From: a virus
Direction: 5' to 3' (one strand)
Length of the DNA: 64,000 nt
Virus record (IMG/VR): IMGVR_UViG_3300049719_000225
Coordinates: 34,116-98,115 of that record
Within the stretch, counting starts at the first letter, position 1. Every line of letters starts with the position of its first letter. This document shows, in pieces, positions 9,944-19,859 of the stretch. The translations under genes were made by a program, and so were the position numbers. Under the pieces are notes generated by a model. It did no database searches, had not been told where the DNA came from, and worked only from the letters and a program-made list of their open reading frames with translations.

Positions 9944-12535
9944 CTGGATCGACACTGAGAGCACGTTCACCATCGTGCCTGCAGCGGCAGTGACGACTGG
10001 CAGTATCTGGCTCATCGTGCTGGACGTGGCAAACACCTGAGTCTGCGTCAACGTGTAGGTGACGACGCCTCCCGGCACTGTGGTGGTCATCAGGTTCACA
10101 GTCACCGTGTAGGTGTTGTTCGCGAGCAGGTTGTTCATCCACACCGTGAGCGTGATGAACTGAATGTTGTAGCCGCCTCCAGGCCCCGTGTTCAGGAGGT
10201 TGTACGACGTGAAGGCCCCTGCCTGTTGAGGCAGGTTCACTATCGATCCAGTGCCCACTGAGGATCCAGTGCTGGTAAGATTCGTGATGCTGACGCCGCC
10301 TGTCGCAGGGTTCGTGACCGTGAACGTGAAGTTCGGCGAGATGAGCGCTGCCCCTGTCTGTTGCGCAGCCGCACGGGTGACTGTTGGCCAGAAATCTGGA
10401 CCAGCTACGAGACAGCCGAAGTCAATCATCCATGGCTGACACACCCGCAACGCCGGTGTCAGGAGCGGCGTGGCATAGGTGGCAAGGATCGTGCCCGTGC
10501 CATCCGAGGTAGGTACGAGACCCGCAGGCACGAGTGCAGGACGACCGAGGTCTCCCGGTCCTGCGGCTTGGAAGGCTTGGAACAGGCGCACCTCGGCCAA
10601 CGAAATGGCGTTTAGCCAGCGTTGATTGGCGTTGCTGTCCCACACATAGCCGTAGGTTGGGTCTGGGGTGCGAATCTCTGAAACGGCATTGTTCACCTGC
10701 GACCAGGAGTTTTTAACCGAGTCGAGTGCCAGTGAGAGAAGGGACCGCTTGTGCCGCTCGTAAAGGTAGGCGTTTTGGATCGGCGTGGTGCCCTGGTAGG
10801 CGCGGATGTCGAAGCCATAGATGTAAAGGCAGATCCCCTGGGAGCCGAACCAGTTCAGCGTGAGGGCGGGCACGATCTGTTGCGCTGTGTTGTAGACATC
10901 GAGCCAGACGCAATCCATCCGCTCAGGAATGCCTGCAAACTGCGAGGTGAAACTGTTCACGGGTCCGAGGGCTGCCCCGATGCTGTAGTTCACCGGCGTG
11001 TTGACCGGCAACACCGTCGTCACTTGCAGCTCCTCAATGGTAAGTTGAGCCCCAGCGTTGCCGTACCACGTCACCGTCACCGTGCCCGGCTGGCCTGAGG
11101 TGGACAGCTGAACAGGGGGCGTCATCACCGCCGTTCCCGGCACCTGTCCGAACGACCATGCACCGGAGTACACCACGTTGGCGTTGTAGCTCACCTGAAC
11201 CTGAAACGACGTGGTCGGGTTCACGAGGTCCGTGATGCTGAAGGATAGGAGAATGCCTCCAGAAGGGGCGGCGAATGACCAGCTGATGCTGCCTGCGGCG
11301 GTGAGGGTGGCCGACGTGGGGAAGAGCACCGAGGGACAGGTGATGCCTGCTGTATTCTGATAGCCGAAGATGTTCAGAATGCGGCTCGGCTTGACGAGGA
11401 AGCCTATCCGTATCGGGCCGGGTGGGATCACACAGGGCACGGAAAACTGGAGCGTTCCGGGCGTGGTGATGAGCGCTGAATTGGGCTGCCACAGGCCACC
11501 AGCCGTGATGTTGTTTTCAGGGGCGATGGTGTTGTAGATGAGGTTGTCCCTCCAGTTGCGCACGACAAGACGCGCGCTTTTCTGGCGGTAAAACGCAGAG
11601 TCCGACGCACTCGGCACCTGATACTGGAGCTGCACGATTCCCCCATCCGGCGTCACGAATGTGGGCGTAACAGGCACACCTGTCGTTGACGGCCCCACCA
11701 TCTCATCCTGCCAAGTGATGCTGCCCTGAGGCGGGTTGTAAATGATCTGTCCTGCAGTGCCCTGAAGCAGGGGCCACGACGCCCAAACCCGTTGCGACGG
11801 CGTGGAACTTACGAGTTGGTACACCTCAGGTTCCGATACGTTTGTATCCGGGCTCACAGTGAGCACAAGCAGACGACTGGCGAAACTCCAGACTCGGTCG
11901 ATGTTGTAGCGGATGTTTGCCACGTATGCCGCGAGCGTGTTATCCCTATCCGCTAGCGCCTGGTCCGGCGTCTTGAAGAGCGCCACGTTCAGGGGATAGC
12001 CCTGACTCACGGTCTGAGTGGAGAAGTTACCCGCGGCGAGAGACCACGCCTCATTTATCGAGGTGGGAAGAAGGGGAGGAGGGGAAAGGATGCCTGTGGC
12101 AAACTGTTTCGTGGCCAGATAGAGCCAAGTGTAGATCAGGAGATCCCGAGCGTAGAGCATCTCATCTGCCGTGACGGCATCCGATCCAGGGGAGCCCGCG
12201 GGAACGCTCTGGTTGTCCACATGCGTGACGTTTCCAGGGCTTGAGTAGGCTGCCCCAAGTAGGTCAACGGAGAGGTCCTGCAACGTTCCCACAGGATCAC
12301 CTGCAACACGCGGATAGGGCACGGAGATGCCCCAGATGTCGCCGCAGGCACTGGCCACCTCTGCAATGGTCACTGCGAGGATCAGGTCTCGATAGGATAG
12401 GTTTCCATCTCTCTGAGCAAAGGGTAGAGTTGAGAAATCGGCAGCCGGATTGACGTACGGCAGCGTCGAGCCTGGTTGCTGCGCATTGAACCACCAGAGG
12501 TAGTTGTACTTCGGCAATGGGAACGCGGAATACAT
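9941..12535 (-). CDS. putative virion structural protein (baseplate/tail)
   Basis: About 860 aa, T/S/G/P-rich beta-type composition, in a structural cluster. Confidence 0.6.
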   Translation of the reverse strand: MYSAFPLPKYNYLWWFNAQQPGSTLPYVNPAADFSTLPFAQRDGNLSYRDLILAVTIAEVASACGDIWGISVPYPRVAGDPVGTLQDLSVDLLGAAYSSPGNVTHVDNQSVPAGSPGSDAVTADEMLYARDLLIYTWLYLATKQFATGILSPPPLLPTSINEAWSLAAGNFSTQTVSQGYPLNVALFKTPDQALADRDNTLAAYVANIRYNIDRVWSFASRLLVLTVSPDTNVSEPEVYQLVSSTPSQRVWASWPLLQGTAGQIIYNPPQGSITWQDEMVGPSTTGVPVTPTFVTPDGGIVQLQYQVPSASDSAFYRQKSARLVVRNWRDNLIYNTIAPENNITAGGLWQPNSALITTPGTLQFSVPCVIPPGPIRIGFLVKPSRILNIFGYQNTAGITCPSVLFPTSATLTAAGSISWSFAAPSGGILLSFSITDLVNPTTSFQVQVSYNANVVYSGAWSFGQVPGTAVMTPPVQLSTSGQPGTVTVTWYGNAGAQLTIEELQVTTVLPVNTPVNYSIGAALGPVNSFTSQFAGIPERMDCVWLDVYNTAQQIVPALTLNWFGSQGICLYIYGFDIRAYQGTTPIQNAYLYERHKRSLLSLALDSVKNSWSQVNNAVSEIRTPDPTYGYVWDSNANQRWLNAISLAEVRLFQAFQAAGPGDLGRPALVPAGLVPTSDGTGTILATYATPLLTPALRVCQPWMIDFGCLVAGPDFWPTVTRAAAQQTGAALISPNFTFTVTNPATGGVSITNLTSTGSSVGTGSIVNLPQQAGAFTSYNLLNTGPGGGYNIQFITLTVWMNNLLANNTYTVTVNLMTTTVPGGVVTYTLTQTQVFATSSTMSQILPVVTAAAGTMVNVLSVSIQ

Positions 12536-12978
12536 CAGAGATGGATGAGCCACGCTCCTGATACGCTCACGTAAACAGGAGGATTGTTCAGGTTGTTGAC
12601 CACGAATACGCCGTAGGTGTCGGGCTGATCAAGGGGCCACACCTGGGCTGGAGGGAACACGCCCACCGTACCTGGGATGTCCACGCCCACGTACGCCAGT
12701 GGCTCTCCCGGAGGTCCAGCTAGGAGATCAGCTCTGCTTCCGTACAAGCCCGCATACACCGAGTTGTAGGTCGGGTTGTTTTTCATGGGTGGGGCCGATA
12801 GCACCAACATGCGGATGAGGTGCACACTGAGCCAGGAGAGCGTGGCCCTCTGACCCTGTGCCAGCTGAAGCATGGTCACAGTCTGCTCAACACCTGGTTC
12901 GAGCATTGTCTCTGGCAGATTGAAGGGCACCCACAGGTATCGCCCGAGATCGTCCTCGGTTATGAATTGGGAAGACAT
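12535..12978 (-). CDS. putative structural protein, paralog of 13481..13999
   Basis: Shared P..LP.T.(L/I)EP, (T/A)L(S/T)WL and VNN/CNN motifs. Confidence 0.6.
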   Translation of the reverse strand: MSSQFITEDDLGRYLWVPFNLPETMLEPGVEQTVTMLQLAQGQRATLSWLSVHLIRMLVLSAPPMKNNPTYNSVYAGLYGSRADLLAGPPGEPLAYVGVDIPGTVGVFPPAQVWPLDQPDTYGVFVVNNLNNPPVYVSVSGAWLIHL

Positions 12979-13484
12979 GGTTGTTTCTGTTGCAACATGC
13001 GCCGATACGTCCTGATGCTGTGACAGTTTGCACATACTAAGTCACATTTCGCTATCTCCTCTTCTATCCTTTTGATACTATGGCTTTTTGCACGACTTTC
13101 TGATAGCTCAAAACTCTTGTCCCTCTTATGGTCAAAGTGCATCACGTAAAACGGATAGCGGGTGTTACAGTCTGTACAGGGTTTGTCTTTCTGAGATCGT
13201 ATGAAATCTCGCTTCTTTTCCTGACATCGTTTGACGGCTAGTCGTTTTACCTGCGGGTTTCTGGCAGTGCTAAGTCTTCCACGAACCCGACCAAATTCCT
13301 TGCAGGCTTCACAGCGACACCGATGTCTAAGATATTCATTTTCAGTCCCATGCTTTGGAGGAGAACGCCTGACGCCTTTCTCAGGGCCACTCTTCAAAAA
13401 AGGCACGGATTCTCCAGCGATACGACGCCTGTAACGCTTCATCGTCTCTCTCTGTGCTACGTGCAGGGAATCAGAAAAGATCAT
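12960..13484 (-). CDS. HNH homing endonuclease
   Basis: PCTDC..MHFDH..KCDLVCANCH; ATGA overlap with the upstream stop. Confidence 0.85.
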   Translation of the reverse strand: MIFSDSLHVAQRETMKRYRRRIAGESVPFLKSGPEKGVRRSPPKHGTENEYLRHRCRCEACKEFGRVRGRLSTARNPQVKRLAVKRCQEKKRDFIRSQKDKPCTDCNTRYPFYVMHFDHKRDKSFELSESRAKSHSIKRIEEEIAKCDLVCANCHSIRTYRRMLQQKQPCLPNS

Positions 13485-13999
13485 GCGGGACCCAGGCTCA
13501 TCACGATCTGTCCAGTCACCGTAAGGCGCAGCGACCAGGTGGTGGTGTTGTTGCAGATCACGAAGCTGTACGGGCCAGCAGCCGAGTAGGTGGCTGGTGT
13601 CGTAGACCTGGCGGCGTAGAGTGGCGGCGTATTGGTCGTGGCTGAGCCGATGATGAGCGGATTTTCCTGAGCCGCCTGGGTATTTGGGGACACCAGTGCG
13701 TTGAAATTGTAGTAGAGACCCACGTAGGCCAGCCCATAACCTGGAGTGACGAGTGTGGCATCGCTTGTAGGGAATACGCACACGCCGTCCACAGGAGAAA
13801 TGCTGGCTGTATCAGCTGTGGTAGAGTTGTCGAGAAAGCTCAGCAGGTTCATTTGGAGCCACGTAAGTGTGAACGACTGGGCTGACGAAAGGACGGTGGA
13901 ACTTACCACAAGCCACTGTTCTGGCTCTATTTCCGTGAGAGGCAGGCTTACGGGAAGTGGGATCAGGCTCTCGTATTGAGTGCTGGTGACGTAGCTCAT
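13481..13999 (-). CDS. putative structural protein
   Basis: Paralog of 12535..12978. Confidence 0.6.
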   Translation of the reverse strand: MSYVTSTQYESLIPLPVSLPLTEIEPEQWLVVSSTVLSSAQSFTLTWLQMNLLSFLDNSTTADTASISPVDGVCVFPTSDATLVTPGYGLAYVGLYYNFNALVSPNTQAAQENPLIIGSATTNTPPLYAARSTTPATYSAAGPYSFVICNNTTTWSLRLTVTGQIVMSLGPA

Positions 14000-14003
14000 G
14001 AAA

Positions 14004-14366
14004 TTATCGGTTTAGGCCTGTGGGTGAGAAACGGACCTGTACGCCCGTCTGGAAATCCAACAGGGGATCCAGGAATTGGGAAAGGTCAGCGAGCAGCCAC
14101 CAAAGAGCGGGATCACCCTGGTAGAAATTGCTGATCGTGTCGGGACGATTGGACGTGGCCATCGTGACATTGACCAGGCGGTCGCTGTTTTGGGCCACGG
14201 CCTGAATCCTGAGCCCGAAGACCAGGTTTCCGTCCGATGGGTTGGTGTAGATGGGCGTGAGCTGATAGGCCGAGTCGTTGGCCAGCGTCACCGTGCTCGT
14301 GGATGGCGTTGCTACGGCCTGCAGGGTGGTGCTGCTGTTGACGGTTGAACTGCTGCTAGTGGCCAT
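14004..14366 (-). CDS. baseplate wedge/LysM-like protein (gp53-like)
   Basis: RPDTIS.FYQGDPALWWLLAD...DPL. Confidence 0.7.
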   Translation of the reverse strand: MATSSSSTVNSSTTLQAVATPSTSTVTLANDSAYQLTPIYTNPSDGNLVFGLRIQAVAQNSDRLVNVTMATSNRPDTISNFYQGDPALWWLLADLSQFLDPLLDFQTGVQVRFSPTGLNR

Positions 14367-14505
14367 AACATAAGTACGGTCGAGGCCCTCCTGCGAAATT
14401 CTTCCATTTTTTGGTTTACAGAAGTTATCATCGTGTTCTCTTCAACGTTCAGAGAATCTGCCGGGGAGAGGCAGTGGTACGTTGCCCGGCCGCAGTGTCA
14501 CCCCC

Positions 14506-15612
14506 ATGTCCATCTTCATTCCGCCTGCTCGTATTCGTCACGAAGACGAACTCTTCATCAACTCGCTCGCGCTCCAGTATCGCGACTCCTTCTGGGATCA
14601 CGAGACGCTTCGCAGCATCTCCGCCGACGCCCTCCGCATGATTCGGCACCTCGCTTCGAGGTACTCCGACCCTACCTGCATGGAGCTGAACGCCGAGGAG
14701 CTGGAGGCCGAGGGCAGGCGGAAATTCATCGAGCAGGTCACCGTCGTAAAAGTATTGACGGGTCTGCCCCAACGGTTACACATTGGTGATCTCGTGGTCT
14801 CCTTCAACGGTGCTCCCGTGTCGGATACGTCACAGTTGGCTAGAGAGATAGGCAGGTGCGCACCGAGGTCCGAGGCCGTAATCGAGTATTTGCGTTGGCC
14901 CAAAACCAGAAAAAACGAGGAAGAGGACAAGGAAGACAACAAGCCGAAAATGATGAAGGCTGGGGCCATAAAGTTCACGCTGGGCGACGAGGATGGGAAA
15001 GCTACCGTCTCCGGTGTCACGTTCAAGGAGATGGATGATGACACACGCTGGACAGGCCTGTCCGTCGAGAATTTCAACCCCTATGCCGCCGTTGTGGACG
15101 ATGTGGATTCAGACGATTCACTGGTTTGTGGACGTGCTCCGAGGCCGCCCACGAGGGTCGAACTCTTCAGCTGGTTGAAGTGTTGCGCCAACAACCACAT
15201 TCGGGGCATCGTCCATCGTTGTCGGTTCACTGTGAGGCGCACGGGACGCCGGGTGCCGTCCAAGGACAGCAATGTGGACTGGAACAGATCGTTCAAGCCT
15301 GAGGTGAGTCTGGAGGCGGCCTCGGAGGACGAGTTCATGAACAGGGCCGTGGAACGGGCGGCCAGCGTGTGGGACTCCCATGCGGTGCAGGAGTTCGATG
15401 AGGATATGGGGGCGTCGAGGTACGCCTACCGCAGTTTCTCCCATCCTTCCAATTCCAATCTTACTATCAAACTCATCAGTTTACATCTGCGTCTTCTACC
15501 AAATGATCTCGTCTCTATCGACAACTGCGCCTACCTCAACCTCCTCGCCGACCATTACCGTGAAAACGGATGCTCGGTCAGGTACACTTACACGCCACAG
15601 GCATCCGCATAG
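14506..15612 (+). CDS. sigma-70-like factor, N-terminal part (region 2) with PDZ-like insertion
   Basis: IRHLASRY..EELEAEG and FSWLKCCANNHIR flank LHIGDLVVSFNGAPV..L.REI..VIEYLR. Confidence 0.55.
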   Translation: MSIFIPPARIRHEDELFINSLALQYRDSFWDHETLRSISADALRMIRHLASRYSDPTCMELNAEELEAEGRRKFIEQVTVVKVLTGLPQRLHIGDLVVSFNGAPVSDTSQLAREIGRCAPRSEAVIEYLRWPKTRKNEEEDKEDNKPKMMKAGAIKFTLGDEDGKATVSGVTFKEMDDDTRWTGLSVENFNPYAAVVDDVDSDDSLVCGRAPRPPTRVELFSWLKCCANNHIRGIVHRCRFTVRRTGRRVPSKDSNVDWNRSFKPEVSLEAASEDEFMNRAVERAASVWDSHAVQEFDEDMGASRYAYRSFSHPSNSNLTIKLISLHLRLLPNDLVSIDNCAYLNLLADHYRENGCSVRYTYTPQASA

Positions 15613-15613
15613 C

Positions 15614-16843
15614 GAGTCTCCGGAAGCAGTCCTGGCGGATTTGGAGTTCTTGGTCTACCATCAACTCACGAACCCAAACCCGCAGGCATGCACGCTTGCG
15701 GAGATCGACAGTTTTCGCGGGAGAAAATCCAAGGGTCCCATCAAGGTGGACATCACTGAGGACAATCTCGCGGATGGCCTGGGGATGCCCCGTGAACTTT
15801 TTCACCAGGTGCGCTCAGGCATAAAGGAGAAAATCGCCCACCACATGACACTCCAACCACACGAACAGGCCCACCACACAGCAGTAATGGCCCTTGAAAG
15901 GCTCTTCGAGGTGCACGTACCCAGGCTCATCGAGCCCATTGTCGTCCGTCGCATCTTCACGATGAAGGCCCGTGCCGACTACAAGAAGATCATCAACGGA
16001 TGGACGGACCCAGGTACTGGCGTTCATTTGTCGTTCGAGCAGATCTCGGACCTGTTGCGGACGGTGGGGGCCAAGCCCCCGGTCATGGACGCCAATCAGA
16101 CCACGCTCGCTTGTTTCGGTATTCTTTGGGAGGCGAACAACAATGCCTGCCGCAACTGTGACCTCTTTGCATCCTGCAACGCCGAGGCAGCCACACTCGG
16201 GCTGGCCATCCCCATGACATCGACCACTGCTAGCGTACTAGACAAGGGCGGATTCAACCTGTCACCGAAGCTGTTGCCCGCCGTAGCCAAGGTGCGCACC
16301 GCCCACAAGACAGACGAGAGCGCCCGGCCCCAGCTCTCAACCAAGACCGACAAGCCCGTAACCTCTTCCCTCGCCGAGGAGGAGATGGTGAACTACCTGG
16401 AGAAGAATTTCTGGGGGTTCAACTGCTTCATCTACAAGTACTACACGCACAGAGGCGACACGAGCATGAACAAGGGTACCAGCTACCTGTTCTGGCTTGG
16501 CCGCCTTCTGGACGGAAAACGCACGAAGCGCACCGAGGACGGTGGTCAGCTCAGGCTCGCATTCATTCCGCCCAACAAACCGGAGGTGAAGGAGCCGCAG
16601 GAGGGCGAGTCGCTGCCCCCACCCCCACCCTATCCGCCCGCCTGGTGGCTGGAAATGCGTTCCAAACTGGAGAAAATAGGCGGCAGCTACTATCTTCCCT
16701 TGAACTGCGAGTACAGCACACTGGTGGAGCTGTGCGAGAAACAGGCTCAATGCAGGCCTTCCCACGTTGAGTCCAGGCCTCCCCGGCCCAAGAAACCGAA
16801 GAAGGCCAAGTCCCTATGCCCGAAACCTCCGTCCTCGACCTGA
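15614..16843 (+). CDS. +1-frame continuation: region-4-like HTH plus Cys-rich domain
   Basis: LADLEFLVY..ITEDNLADGLGM..IKEKI; CFG..CRNCDLFASC; no convincing own start. Confidence 0.5.
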   Translation, partial: ESPEAVLADLEFLVYHQLTNPNPQACTLAEIDSFRGRKSKGPIKVDITEDNLADGLGMPRELFHQVRSGIKEKIAHHMTLQPHEQAHHTAVMALERLFEVHVPRLIEPIVVRRIFTMKARADYKKIINGWTDPGTGVHLSFEQISDLLRTVGAKPPVMDANQTTLACFGILWEANNNACRNCDLFASCNAEAATLGLAIPMTSTTASVLDKGGFNLSPKLLPAVAKVRTAHKTDESARPQLSTKTDKPVTSSLAEEEMVNYLEKNFWGFNCFIYKYYTHRGDTSMNKGTSYLFWLGRLLDGKRTKRTEDGGQLRLAFIPPNKPEVKEPQEGESLPPPPPYPPAWWLEMRSKLEKIGGSYYLPLNCEYSTLVELCEKQAQCRPSHVESRPPRPKKPKKAKSLCPKPPSST

Positions 16844-17163
16844 CCGACAGCGAACTCCTAGACAAGGACATCATTCGTCTGAGAGACGTGGTGCCCAGCC
16901 AGTTTTGGGTGCTTGCCGTCCTGGGTACAATCATGCTGGTGGGAGCGGCCTACCAAATCACGCCTCGCGTTGGCTGGGAGGTGGCGGCCCTGGCAGCCGG
17001 ATCCGCCTTCTGCTTTTTCTGCGCGGGCCTGGTGGCCACGGTGAAGGTGCTATTCATGCTGAGCAGGAGCCAGCTTGAGGTGCGCATCCTTGCCACGCAG
17101 CTTCCCCGTGAGGCCGCCTCACTTGTTGTGTCCCACATGAGCCCGTCAGGTCTCGGAAGGTAG
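16816..17163 (+). CDS. small membrane protein
   Basis: Two hydrophobic helices. Confidence 0.55.
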   Translation: MPETSVLDLTDSELLDKDIIRLRDVVPSQFWVLAVLGTIMLVGAAYQITPRVGWEVAALAAGSAFCFFCAGLVATVKVLFMLSRSQLEVRILATQLPREAASLVVSHMSPSGLGR

Positions 17164-17755
17164 GGAAAATGTTGTGGTAGACCTGGTATATCCAGGTCTC
17201 GAACTGTTTCACGGTCATGTTGTGTTTTGCGATATTGCAGACAGTGCAGCAGGGCACGCAGTTTTCTTTCGTGTAACCGAGAGTTGAGTCCAGTCTGTCC
17301 AATCCATTGCAGAGCGTTGTTTCGTTAAAGAGCCGCCTCAGATTTTTTCTTCCAGGATTGTATCCAAGCTTTGCGGGTTCCCCACAGTAGTGACAACTCT
17401 GAGACGAGATTCTGTCAAACTCTTCATGGGTAAGTGCGAAAGGAAATCCTCTCTTCCTGGCGTTTCTCCTGTAAAATGAAACTCTGAAATGAAGATAGGC
17501 CTCGCCCGGTTTCTTGCGACCTATTGGACGGCTAGACATCTCCTTTCTTCTCAGACATCCACAGTTTGTGGTGCCACCGGATACTAAATCATGCCGTCTC
17601 GTGCCGGTGGTAAGTCTTCCACATGCACATTTGCAGAGATAGCGACGAGTGACGGCCATCTGTCCCACACTCTTTCCCGTTTTGATCGGTCTACGATGCG
17701 GTTCTAACTCCTCGATCACTGTTAAGTTCCCGAAGGTTTTTCCAATTATGTCCAT
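17054..17755 (-). CDS. HNH homing endonuclease
   Basis: FGNLTVI..CKCACG..CGCL; CHYCG..GLDRLDS..GY..NCVPCC..CN. Confidence 0.85.
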   Translation of the reverse strand: MDIIGKTFGNLTVIEELEPHRRPIKTGKSVGQMAVTRRYLCKCACGRLTTGTRRHDLVSGGTTNCGCLRRKEMSSRPIGRKKPGEAYLHFRVSFYRRNARKRGFPFALTHEEFDRISSQSCHYCGEPAKLGYNPGRKNLRRLFNETTLCNGLDRLDSTLGYTKENCVPCCTVCNIAKHNMTVKQFETWIYQVYHNIFPTFRDLTGSCGTQQVRRPHGEAAWQGCAPQAGSCSA

Positions 17756-17767
17756 ACTCTACATACC

Positions 17768-19672
17768 ATGATAAGTTCTATTGCCGTGATCACTTACCGC
17801 CGTTTGGGTCCTCTGCGGGCTTTCCTGCAGTCCATTGAGTCGGTCTGTCCACAATATCCGCTAGCGGTGTTTGAGGACTGTGCCACCTATGACGGCACGG
17901 CGGCCTTCCTGATGAAGGACGCCACCCCTCTGGGCTACGATAGTGAGTTTGACTCTGACGGCTACGAACACACCAGCCCTTCGGGAAGAAAATGGACGGC
18001 TTGGCTGTCCAAGAGGAACGAGGGTGTGGTCGGTGGTTCCAACAAGGCGTTGAGATGGATGGAACGCAACAAGTTTGACCACCTGTGCCTCTGCAATGAT
18101 GACCTGTTGGCCAAGGGAGACTTCCCCAGCGTCTATCTGGCAGCACATCAGAAGCTAAGCGTGGGGCTGTTCACATTCTGTGACCTGAAAAACACGGCTC
18201 GGGCCACGTACGAAGGCCCCACTGTTCCTGTGAAAGGGCTCCGGGTGAAGATACTGCCCCGCATGGTTGGGATGATGATGAGCGTCACCTCCAAGCTTGT
18301 CTACGACTCTCCAGAAGCCATCGGTTATTTTGACGCCACCTTCGGACGGTTTGGAAACGAGCATTGCCTGTCATTTGATACTCCCTTAATAACTAGAAAT
18401 GAGGGACTTATTAAATTAGGGGATGCGGATGGTAAGTGGGTTGAAGTGTGGAATGGTGATTCATGGACAGCTCTGAAACCCCGCAAAACGGGTTCGGGAA
18501 GAAAACTCTATCGCGTGACACTGAGTGACGGCTCCTATCTTGATTGCACGAGTGAACATCGCTGGTCGGTAACCCGCAGAAACAAGCCTAATCGATGGGC
18601 TCCGAGCCGCACTGATGAACTTACTAACGCATATCGTTGTGAACCCACGCAGCTCGATGGAAATTTTGGAAAGAAGAGGTACCCGCACGCTTACACACTC
18701 GGGTTTGCTGTTGGAGACGGATTTGTCGATAATACCACTGGAAAAGTGATCGTGCCGTTGAATGGAAACAAGGACATCCAATGCCCTGTGGCAGGAACCA
18801 GGTTCAAATACACCAGGAAGGGGATATGTAAGGGGGCTATGGTTGATAGTTCCAGATTTGTGAAAGCGAGGTTGGTGCAAACTTTGAAGTTGGATGCCGA
18901 TGCGTTGCTGCCCCTGTTTTTTTGGAATCGTCATAGCATTTTGAGTTTCATCGCCGGTCTTGCAGACGCAGACGGCACACACGGAGGCTCGAAATACGGC
19001 ATCCGGATTTCCATCAGTCGGGAGGACAGGGTGAGGCGACTGCAGCTCTTGCTCACTCGTGTTGGTATAAAATCGTCCATATTTTTATGCGGTAAAAAAG
19101 GTTCTTTGACCAATTTTGGACCTAGGGGAGAAGATCTCTGGGGGTTACAAATCACTGATTGTAGGAACATACCCTGTCATAGATTGGATACGACCAGGGG
19201 ACGGCAGCCCATAAAAAAGGGCAAATACCAGGTAGTTAGATCAGTGACAGAACTCCCAGGTCTCCACGATACTTACTGTTTGACTGAGCCCAAAAATCAC
19301 AAGGCTCTGTTTGGAAATGTGCTCACGCATCAATGCGACTACAACAACAGAGCCCGTCTCATGGGATTCATCAACCTGAGCAACCAGGCCCAGCTTGCCC
19401 TGGACGTGGAGACAGTCACACTTTCCAGCCAAATGAGTGAGTCAGGGCCTATTCCAAGTGCTATCTTGGCCTTTGAGCGGGGGCCTTTGGATGCGCGGGC
19501 TAATGCGGATGCTGCACGGGCCTCTCGCCTTTACACGTACGAGCACCTCTATCGACCCTATCGACTACCCTACCCCGTCTATGCCGATGCCTTTGGAATG
19601 CCCAACCAAGGCATACCCACCCATGAACTGGAACGACTGGGGTACGAGATGGTGATGGATCGCGTAACGTAG
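17768..19672 (+). CDS. GT2-family glycosyltransferase with intein
   Basis: EDCA, NEGV..N, LCNDD and IGYFD..FG.EH motifs; intein CLSFDT...THQ|C. Confidence 0.8.
   Translation: MISSIAVITYRRLGPLRAFLQSIESVCPQYPLAVFEDCATYDGTAAFLMKDATPLGYDSEFDSDGYEHTSPSGRKWTAWLSKRNEGVVGGSNKALRWMERNKFDHLCLCNDDLLAKGDFPSVYLAAHQKLSVGLFTFCDLKNTARATYEGPTVPVKGLRVKILPRMVGMMMSVTSKLVYDSPEAIGYFDATFGRFGNEHCLSFDTPLITRNEGLIKLGDADGKWVEVWNGDSWTALKPRKTGSGRKLYRVTLSDGSYLDCTSEHRWSVTRRNKPNRWAPSRTDELTNAYRCEPTQLDGNFGKKRYPHAYTLGFAVGDGFVDNTTGKVIVPLNGNKDIQCPVAGTRFKYTRKGICKGAMVDSSRFVKARLVQTLKLDADALLPLFFWNRHSILSFIAGLADADGTHGGSKYGIRISISREDRVRRLQLLLTRVGIKSSIFLCGKKGSLTNFGPRGEDLWGLQITDCRNIPCHRLDTTRGRQPIKKGKYQVVRSVTELPGLHDTYCLTEPKNHKALFGNVLTHQCDYNNRARLMGFINLSNQAQLALDVETVTLSSQMSESGPIPSAILAFERGPLDARANADAARASRLYTYEHLYRPYRLPYPVYADAFGMPNQGIPTHELERLGYEMVMDRVT
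18365..19333 (+). mobile_element. intein with LAGLIDADG endonuclease and C-terminal Gln (323 aa)
   Basis: CLSFDT; LDCTSEHRW; LGFAVGDG and FIAGLADADG; TYCLTEP..GNVLTHQ|C. Confidence 0.88.
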
Positions 19673-19679
19673 ATAGGGT

Positions 19680-19856
19680 ATGCCGATCAGCATCAACGTA
19701 CGCAGGCTCCTGGGGGAGACCACCACCACGGCAGGTGTGGGTAGCATGGGGGCTATGCCGCCCCTGGGCATCCCGATAAACTCTGCCCCCAAGGAAAGGC
19801 GCATCCGCAAACGGCGAGGAGCCATTCCGGAGCCCGCTCCGAAAGCAATCCCCTAA
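19680..19856 (+). CDS. small protein, possible internal head protein
   Basis: MPISINVRRLLGETTT..; below the ORF-track cutoff. Confidence 0.5.
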   Translation: MPISINVRRLLGETTTTAGVGSMGAMPPLGIPINSAPKERRIRKRRGAIPEPAPKAIP

Positions 19857-19859
19857 ACC

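Noticed and set aside
15409-15622. Group I/II intron in the sigma-like gene
   Set aside because: No recognisable P7 core or GUGYG..AY ends; kept only as one alternative for the split.
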